This document shows positions 54,513 to 64,000 of a stretch of DNA of 64,000 nucleotides, in pieces (the stretch's first letter is position 1; the number at the start of each line of letters is the position of its first letter). Origin of the DNA: Camelus ferus (lineage: Eukaryota); contig NC_045697.1 of assembly GCF_009834535.1 (NCBI RefSeq), positions 114,454,001 through 114,518,000 of the forward strand, written 5' to 3'. A program made the translations under genes and the position numbers. Below the pieces are notes generated by a model, which saw only the letters and a program-made list of their open reading frames with translations, did no database searches and was not told the origin of the DNA.

Positions 54513-57500
54513 TGCTCTTGCTTTTCTTAGCCAGTCATGAAGGCCAGGAAGAATGTGTTTGACCAGGTATTTAAGTACCCCAAGTGGTTTAGTGCAATTC
54601 TTAGGAGAAAGTTGTGTATAAGTCATCATTACACTCCTGGGAAGCAATGGCCAAAATAATCGCCTTCGCGATCAGTCCTACAAAGACTTCCTCTTCCCCA
54701 GTTGTTGTTTCCTATATGAAGGGGAGTCACTGCTATCTTTGATGGCAATGCCTCATGAGCTTCAAAACCTCGGGAATCCAGCCACTTCCGTTGTGTTCTC
54801 AGTGATGAGCATGACACTATTTTTTTTTTTTTTTTTTTTTTTTTTGTCCTTGGTATTTGTAGCTCCTCAAATCTTTTGTCAAGTTTCCTTTAAACTCCAG
54901 TTTACTCAAGAGCTTCTGGTGTAACTGTTCCTTCTCCTTTTATTCCACTTGGATAGTTCACATCTGAACGTACAAATTCGGTCATTACTGGAACTGATGT
55001 GATGTGATTAACACATCCGTTAGATAACGTTTCTTGATACTTTCATCTTGAGATCAAGCAAATATTTCTCTGGGCACTGAAAAAATTGATTTCATTTTAT
55101 CATTATAAATAGAAGGAATGAAACCTATGTAGTCAGAGATCACGTCCCACAGATCTGGCTTTGCTGGTTAATTGCTGGGAGAAGTTGAATGAGTCCTTTT
55201 ACCTCTCTAAGCCAGACTTTTCTAAAACAATACTTGAAATAGTTGGGGGCTCTCTTTGCAAATTTGCGGTATGTAAATCTCCTTAAAATGTGGGAAACAA
55301 CTCTTCCTTCTAATTTGCCATTGATAACAGCTATTAACATCATTAGATTATAAGAATTATTAATATGTAATAATTCTATAATCTTCTTCTAGCTCCCCTT
55401 GAAAGTTATAGGAGACCTCTGGATTAATTAACATCACACTGAGATTTGTTATATGAAATCATTTTTATCTATTTAAATTTGTCTTCTGTTAGACTTTGAA
55501 AATACATGATCTCATAACTGTTCTTCAATCAGCGAAGTGCTTTCTCTTCACTATTTTGTTTGACACAAAATATGCTTGAGAAATCATAGCTATTTAGTAG
55601 CTTTTGCAGATAATTTTAAAACAGACAAGAACTGATTGGGGGTAAAAATTTTTTAAACTTTTATGTCATGTACAGTTATCAGAGCACTTTGTTGTTTTTT
55701 TTTTTGAAATAAACAAGATTTAAAATAATATATTCGAAAAAATAATATACTTGACTCAGATTCATCAGAATCTGCAAATTACTTTTTGTAATGTCACAGT
55801 AATTGGCAAGGCACTGCAGTTAGCAATAATTGCATGTAGGAATAGACGTGGTGGGCCAGAGGGAATGGACCAGCTTTGAGGGATCACTGAACCCCAACCA
55901 TGTGCATGCTTATTTCACAGAAAATTATTAAAATAATTGCTGAATCTTCCAAAGCAAATTCTACCTCTATTTTTAAAAGATAATAGAATAATAACAGATA
56001 GGAACTACATATTTCTGAGATCCATTTTTATTTCCACTTTGGCAGTGATTTCTGTTTGTGTACTTGCCTTTTGACTATGGCCAGGAGAAATTTATCCCTG
56101 AGAGAATCAACTGACGAATTTCAAGCATTTTAAGATTAATAGTAATGGAAAGAGAGTTGAAAATGATAATGCCTCTCATAATGTCATTTGACTTACATTT
56201 ACTTAGATCTATAGAATTTTGTTGAACTGAAAAAAAATTTTAAACATATACATTGGAATCTAGCTTAGCCAGGACTTTGTAGTCTAAATCAATTTTACTG
56301 AAAATAGTATGTGTTATCTTACTGATTGCATGGATATTTGAGCTTGACACACAGTGTCCTCTATTTCTCTGGGTTCACCTTTCAGTTCTTTTCCAGCCAT
56401 TACTGAAGTGTGCAGGAGTGCAGAAAGACAATGTTTTTAAAGAGAGGAAGCACCTCACTCATTTATTGACAAGTATTTCAAAAAGCCTGTCAAATGTAGA
56501 GCATTTTCAAAGCACTGGAGATATAAACATAAGATCTAGTGTTTGCTCTGAAAAGTTTTCCATCTAGTAAGTTAAAGGCTAAAGCTTTCTTACTGACAAC
56601 TAATTTTACTACATGTATGATTTCAAGATACATATTAAAAGATTCAGTATGACTGGGTCTCTTCTACAATATTTTTATGACCTTGTAGTCGACTATAACC
56701 TAATGCAGCATTTTCTAACACTTAGTAGACAACAGTTTGGGTCTATGTTATACATTCTGACAATAATAAGTGTTTTGGTTTGCATAAGCACTGAATTAAA
56801 GGAATTTAAACCATTTTACTCACTGCAGGATTAAGCTGAGCTTTTCAATATACTAATTTCAAACTCCAAGAAGAGATGTAGGGTGGTTCTTTATTAACAT
56901 AGTATTTCTAATTTTATTATCACACACAAATACTTTGATAATATCTATATACTCAATACTGAACTGAAGCTAGTTTGAGAAATATTGGCTTGCTATGACA
57001 TCTAATGATTTGATAGCAAAAAAAATTCTTCAAATTTATAAAAATTCAGTCTCTTCTATTCTTTGTAAATATTTATGAATCTATTCACACACGTATGTTA
57101 GAGAAATTGTTAAAATAAATTACTGTATTAGTTGGACTAATTAACACCAAACAACATAAGATACAAACAGACATGGCAGTGAAAACTTGCAACAGAGTTT
57201 ACGTGTTACATCATTATCTGATTAGCTTTGTCGTCTATTGCCACCAAAGTGGGGAAAACAGGATATAGAAAGCAGATCAACTGCTAACTCCTTCAGCCTG
57301 AGATTTTTCACGTTTTGTTGGCCTGCAGGGGAGGATGGGAAATAAAGAAGAATGACTTACATAAACCTCTTGTATAGTTATTTTTAGGGAAAAAAAGTGC
57401 TAAGATTCTTGGGACCAGATTACTGTATCACTGCAATATTGGAGGATTATTTATAATGAAAAAAGGGAGTTTTCAGAGAGTAAGCCGTCTAAATTCATGA

Positions 57501-57777
57501 GACTTAGAGAGTCATAGCACTGGGTGAGGCAGAGACCAGGCCTTCTAATAGATAAACATGATGCCGAGGATATTGTGACCAAGCTGTCAGTTTTTTCACT
57601 CGCAGGTTTGCTAACTTCTCTGCTAAAAATGAATGCCAATTTCAAATTTTCATGCTTTATTACATAAAAAATATTTTCTAATCGAAGAAGGAATCTGATA
57701 AGAGATATACATTTGCAGATACATGTGTCTACACACACATATGCACATATACATAATTATACATATGAGTCACCTCA

Positions 57778-57971
57778 TTTTTTAAAATTTTATTTATTTG
57801 GGGGGGAGATAATTAGGTTTATTTATTTTATGTATTTACTTTTTTTGTTGTTTTGGGGGGATGTAATTAGGTTTATTTATTTTTATTTTTTTTTAATGGT
57901 GGTACTGGGGATTGAACCCAGGACCTCGTGCATGCTAAGCATGCACTCTTCCACTGAGCTATACCCTCCCC
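57778..57971 (-). mobile_element. tRNA-Ala-derived SINE (Vic-1-like) with a duplicated 3' module
   Basis: Well-preserved head at 57897-57971 with A and B boxes; gggggga.taattaggtttatt occurs twice; flanks tcacctcat / tcacctaat. Confidence 0.9.
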
Positions 57972-58115
57972 TCACCTAATATTAATTACATAGCAAACAA
58001 ATACCCTATTATTTATAAACTTTGCTATTTTGATATTAATTGTGAAATTAATCATGCAGTTTTTTAAAACATAACTTTGGAAGTTCAGAAAATTGTATTC
58101 CAACTCAAAAGGACT

Positions 58116-58402
58116 TTTTTAAAGTTTTATTTTCTATTAAAGTGTAGTTGATTTATAATATTGGTTTTAGATGTATGGCAAAGTGATTCAGTTATACACA
58201 TACATACATATATACATATATTTTCATATTCTTTTCCATTATGACCTATTATAAGAAACTGAATATAGTTCCTTGTGCTAGATAGTAGGCTCTTGTTGTT
58301 TACCTATTTTATATACAGTAGTGTGTATATGTTAATTCCAGACTCCTAATTTACCCCTCCCCCACCCTTTCCCCTTTGGTAACCAGTTTGCTTTCTGTGT
58401 CT
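58116..58402 (-). mobile_element. L1 3' UTR fragment
   Basis: Typical antisense 3' UTR; TSD aaaggact at 58108-58115 and 58403-58410. Confidence 0.88.
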
Positions 58403-59504
58403 AAAGGACTAGTTTTAGATGACATCACTCTGATCAATATGTGTGGTGCTCAGATAATACCTACCTCCTAAATTAATAGTTCCTAATAAAGAACTTGACA
58501 TAATTTCTCCTAAAAGAACTTCTAGCAAGAATGAAAGAATAGGTCAGTCTTGTTTTAGTTGAACATAATGAAAGGGCTCACTGAGGTGTGTTGGTGTGGT
58601 CTTGCTCTGTGTGTGAAAACATTTCAGCTCAAGGAAGAAAAGTGGGAACTTCATCCCAAATCTCTCCCTGCTGAGTTATTCAAAGTGAGAAATGCTATGT
58701 AGACCATCTATTTTTGCCTATATTTTTCTTTAGCTAAAAAAAGAGTTCTTATATATTAAAAAAAAAAAAAGTAAGTTTAGGATCACTTGAAAGGGAAAAG
58801 ACTAATATTATATCAAACAATGAAGGACTTTATTTAACACCAAACTTATTAAGTTATCTTTCTTTAGTTACCAAATCACTGCATAGTAGGATTATAATTT
58901 GCTACTGATCATAATTTAAATGCTAACGTCACAGTAATTTAAAGTCAGAGGAAGACAAACATCACCACAGAATACTTTTGTTATTGACTTAAATATTCAT
59001 CCAATAATTCATACATTAACCAAATTTTATTGTTGATATAAATTATGAAATTATAGAATATTTGTATTATATAGTACATAATACAATTGTATTTCTCATA
59101 CACTATTATCCTGAGCATTTTCTTTTTCTCAGTCTTTCAGGCAGTTAAAGACGCAGTATCGATCAAAAAAATCTTCTGGGTAATACTTCTCTCTTGTGAG
59201 GCTGTGAGTGATTCTTGCATATGCCCTCTCTATATAGAAAGGAAAACAAAGCAGAAAAAGGTTCACAAGAAACAAACAAATTATGGATCACTTTCTTGTG
59301 CCACTGTACTTCGTTAGGTTAACAATCGACCTGGGAAAGACAAAGTACTTGTGTCTGTCTTCACCAGGGGATGAAAAAAGACAAAACAGCACACAGTCCC
59401 AATTGTCACTGTGACTCAAGTGACAAAGCTTTTACTCAATCAAGAGCTTTTGTAACAAACTGCCGTATAAAGCATTAATGAGGAGAGAATTGTAATTGAA
59501 ATCT

Positions 59505-60011
59505 ACAGGGTTATCAGACTTTTGGGGACTCAGAAGCTTTTTACACTCTTCAAATTTATCAACAAGTCACAGAACTCTGGTTTATGTAGGTTATTTCCGT
59601 GGACTCTATATTTACCATGTTAGAAATTGAAGCAGAAAAATTAAAATATGTATTTACTAATTTATTAAAAATAATCATAAAAACCCATTATATGCAGCCA
59701 TTAATAACAGATTATTTTTAAGTAATATTAACAAAAACGATGTGGCAACACACTGCTGTGGATTTTGCAAATCCTTTTAATAGCTGGCTGAATAAAACAC
59801 GCTGGGTTACTATATCTGCTTCTGTACTGAAATGTTGTGATATAACTCACAACATCATATATCATGGAGCCTGCCGAGAACTTCCCTCGACATTTGGAAG
59901 AATCTAATTTGTGAGACTGAGAGAGAAAAATGCAAATGACACCTCAGCATTATTATGGAAGTAACTTTGACTTTGCAGATCCCTGGAAAGGATCGACTAC
60001 GAGAACTGCCT
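59505..60011. mobile_element. hAT-Charlie non-autonomous element (MER119-like)
   Basis: Termini cagggttatcaga / gagaactgcct; internal tttacactctt...tttatgtaggtta...atttaccatgttagaaatt. Confidence 0.65.
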
Positions 60012-60204
60012 AGCTAGAAAATCCAGTTGCATTTTTAGCAGGCTCGTGAATTCATGAACTTGATCGCACAGAAAACTGAAATGTGCTGGTCGCGCATCTC
60101 ACAGTGTAGATTTCAGGAAGTCATGAGGACAGGAATCATGTTCTGGTGATATCACCATATTTTTTCCCACTGATGTTTCAAAGAGGAGATAATGTCAATC
60201 ATAA

Positions 60205-60430
60205 AAATACTGACAGTTGCTATTTCTTGAACTCTTCATATGTGCCAGTCACTCTGCTCCATGTTTTACTTTCTCCATCTCATTTACTTCTTACAACAGC
60301 TGCACAAGTCTAATTGTTATCCCCCAATTTGAGATGGAGAAATTATGACACAGACTGAATAACTTTCCCACGGTCTAACAATAAGTTACATAGCCGTGAT
60401 TTGCCTCTGAGCAGACTGAACCCAGAGAAC
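60205..60430 (-). mobile_element. MIR element
   Basis: tatgtgccagtcactctgct...cttacaacagc...atcccccaatttgagatggagaaa. Confidence 0.7.
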
Positions 60431-63102
60431 AGAGTTTCTCTCTTTGTTATAGTCTCCCCTATCCAAAACAAAAAAAGGGTTAGGACATGGAAACTTGATA
60501 GTTACAATGAACATATACAAATATGTCACTGCTTTCTTTATAAATAAAGTTAATGAATGCCCCAAAGTGAAAATCAGCATGCATCTTCAATTACGACTAT
60601 CTTCAGTATCAGGTAATTTATGTCATTCTGTGCCTAGTACATTCTAAACAAATGTATATGTGTATAAATTATAGCAGCAGGTGAAAAATAACCTCTGCAT
60701 AATATATTCAAATTATAAATTCTGCTGCTAAAACCTAAATGATAAGGGAGGAACAAAATATGTACAACAAAAAAGATGGCAAAATATACCTAATATTTTG
60801 GGTGGAAAAGAGAGGAACTCAGATATTTCTGGAAGTATAGTAAAGTTTTATTTCATAGCACAGTGGTTGATACATAATTGTTCATTTTATATTATTATTT
60901 TAACATATATTTATACCTGTGTGTTGGCATTACTATTTCATAAACACTGAAGAGTTATATTCCCACTAAAAACAATAAAATGCAAAGGGAAACTAAACTT
61001 GCATAATGATATCGGTATTTTTTTCAATAATTTGTAACCTGCAAAGTAGTTTGTACTTTGTAAAAACGCTGATGTATAGTTCACATTTGAAAAGGCAAGA
61101 AGGTAGACTTTTAGTTATGGAAGTGATTTGGATGGATTAAGTGAGTTTTAGAGGAAAATACAGTTGAGAAATGTCATCAGTGCAAAAATACAGTGGAATC
61201 CCACTGACCTGCTGTGTCCAGAATATGGTAAAGTAACCTAATAAAAGTGTCCAAAGGAGGAAGGGCAGGAGGTACTTCAAGAAACTTTGCAAATAGTCTG
61301 GGTTTAGAGTAGTTGTCAGGTTCAAACACATTCAGACTGACTGTGGAGCAGAACTGTGAAGCAGCTGAAGGAAGGTAGAGGCACGTTCATTAAAAAATGT
61401 TAAGAGCTTTGTAATAATCATCAAGCATAGTACATAACTGACACAACTGAAAAATAGACACCACATTACAACTGGCTTATGCTCATAAGTTTCGACAGCC
61501 AGTAATGTTAATTTCCAAGTCATTGATACGTAGCCCATGTCAACCTTCAGTTAACGTTTACATGGAAACTTACTGATACAGATCATTTTTTTGATAAAAA
61601 CTAATAATTTTGGTAAGTTTCATCCCTTGGGTATGAAGTTTATATTTCTGTATGCACTATGATTATAAATAACAGCTGATAACCATTATATTTTATTTTA
61701 TGAAAAATATAACTTGAATTTTGTTCTTGCCACTTCTTTTCCTGTTCAGAAATATGTCATCATAATGTTGTGTGCTTTGGAATTAAAATGCATAATTAAC
61801 TGATAAAGACTGCATGTATTAAAATATGAGTACTGTAAAATATTTATAAAACAACAGTAAGACATGTCAAAACAATCTGGTGTCACTTAAAACATATATA
61901 CATTATTAGACAGAGTTTCACTCTGTATAAACATCAAAGAAGTCGTAATCATGATCAGATACATTTTCCTCTGAATCGTAAGAACAGATGGACACATTAC
62001 AAATGGGCAAAACTGGTGACTTTTTAATGAACTAGGAATATATTTAGCACACATGAATACAGCTTAAGTTGAATAAACATGTTCTTGGCAAATCAATAAA
62101 CTTTTATGATGATTCTCAGGCTTGACTTCTCAAGCTGTTTTCAGTGGAAATAAAAATGAAAAAGAGATGTTTTTAGAAGGGAAACGTTTTCAACCACAAT
62201 GGGTTGGCTTTTTAAACTACCATGGTTTCAATATAATGATTTATCTATTAAAGAAACGTGCTCTCACTGACTATGTGAGGTATAGTTAGGCTGAATAGAC
62301 ATGCTGGTGCAATTCAGTATACCTGGACGAGGGAGCTACTCAGGGGAGGATCAGAGAAGGAAGGACTACGAGGGGTCAGTCTGAGCATGTTGGAACAAGG
62401 CAGGGCAGAGGAAACAAAACGAGCGAGTGTGCAGTCATTTGGGGCTGCTCCCCAGTTACAGACCTCAGTTAACCCCATGGCATTCCAGACGTCTAACTGG
62501 TAGCATCCTGCACCCAATAGTGTAGGTTTATAGTGTAAGTGAAATGAATTTCCAAGAGGTCACACACCCAAATATGCAATGTGGAAAAAAAAATATATGA
62601 CTTAGATGAAATTTTTGTAAGACCTTAAATTTATTCAAAATTTAAAGTGTAGAAAGAGACCCCCAAATCTGCCAGTATGAAAACTGGTATATAAGACCTC
62701 TATGTAGGATTCTATTTACAAACATTATCTTAGGAAAATACTTATTCTCCAAAATCTGGGGACTTGGTCTTTTTGCTTCTAAAACTCTTGATATAAACTA
62801 AATTCCTACAATGAGTGCTATTTTATTTTCCCTAGGGAACTCTAATAAAAATAGGGTAAATCTGATCCTTTAAAAAGTACTTTCGTTTCTTAATCTACAT
62901 CTAAATTAAGTAGGGCAGGTAGCAGACATACACTATGTACCAAAGAGTTTATAATTATTTAAAAATAGATGAAACATTTGCTGAATTAAAGAAATCACTG
63001 AACTACAGATCAGGGAGATAAAGTAAGAAGTCTACATGGTATCACAGAGTTGCCTCAGTGTATGGTAAAGGTCTCACATGCATTGCTTTATTAACATTAC
63101 AT

Positions 63103-63310
63103 TGCAGATATTAACCACTATATATAAATATAGATAAAAAACAAATGTCTTCTGTATAGCACAGGAAACCGTATTCAATACCTTGTAATAACCTTTAATG
63201 AAAAAGAATGTGAAAACAAATGTATGTCTGTATATGCATGACTGGGACATGATGCTGTACACCAGAAATTGACACATTGTAACCGATTATACTTCAATTA
63301 AATGAAAAAA
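63103..63310 (+). mobile_element. L1 3' UTR fragment, sense, just upstream of the last exon
   Basis: tgtatagcacagg...tgcatgactgggaca...tatacttcaattaa plus A tail; flanks aacattacat (63093-63102) and aaaattacat (63311-63320). Confidence 0.88.
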
Positions 63311-63427
63311 AAAATTACATGACTTTCCAAACTGATCTCCTGCCAGCAATTTGAGGGGCACTGATTTTGGGTTGCAGAAGTTTCTGACAATTTTGTTTTG
63401 AACTTCTAAATGTGTTTTTATTCCTAA

Positions 63428-63670
<243 letters not shown>

Positions 63671-64000
63671 TGATATTGTCTGTTACTCTGTGCAAGTTTA
63701 AAATTTGAAGAGGAAAAGAATATATTGCGTGTTCTTTATTACTTGTTTGTAATTAAAATAAAGGCACTAGACGTGAAATACCAAAAGTGAACGCAGCGTA
63801 ATAACTTCACCTGCTTCTTAATTTAGAATGTCTCCCATTTTGATAAGCACTAGTTACTTTAACAAAATAAAAGAAAATAGCCTGTAATTAATCTGATGGG
63901 AAATTGGGGTATATTAGATGCTCTGTAAATGTTGATTCTCTTTTCTTCTTCATCTTATTTTTTCAAGAGGTCTCAACAGAATGAATGATTTAGATTTAGA

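Noticed and set aside
57897..57971. Functional tRNA-Ala(AGC) gene (also the copies at 186, 11307, 23285, 39070, 41808)
   Set aside because: The acceptor stem is mispaired in the best-preserved copy, and the heads come with SINE tail modules, A-rich tails and/or flanking direct repeats.

Overview
This is mammalian genomic DNA, not prokaryotic. It is AT-rich, CpG-depleted and dense in repeats. tRNA-Ala(AGC)-derived SINEs resembling the camelid Vic-1 family, together with cetartiodactyl-type L1 3' ends, suggest a camel or alpaca. The window lies inside the large gene FSTL5 (follistatin-like 5) on the + strand. It holds four internal coding exons that splice in frame: 25012-25173, 29623-29757, a 27-nt microexon at 53923-53949 and 63429-63547. 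They encode the second Ig domain and the start of the C-terminal region. The rest is intron, filled with L1 fragments of several ages, SINEs, two solo ERV LTRs, MaLR LTRs, MIR/L2 relics, DNA-transposon relics and microsatellites. Nearly all ORFs in the supplied track are spurious or L1 ORF2 remnants. I found no evidence of a new multi-gene biological system. The most interesting signals are the splicing architecture (microexon with a CAGTAG tandem acceptor, and a GC-AG donor), a compact CRE/GC-box/EGR motif cluster, and several atypical insertion structures. Repeat family names come from recall of consensus sequences, not from a search. Repeat boundaries without a stated TSD are approximate.
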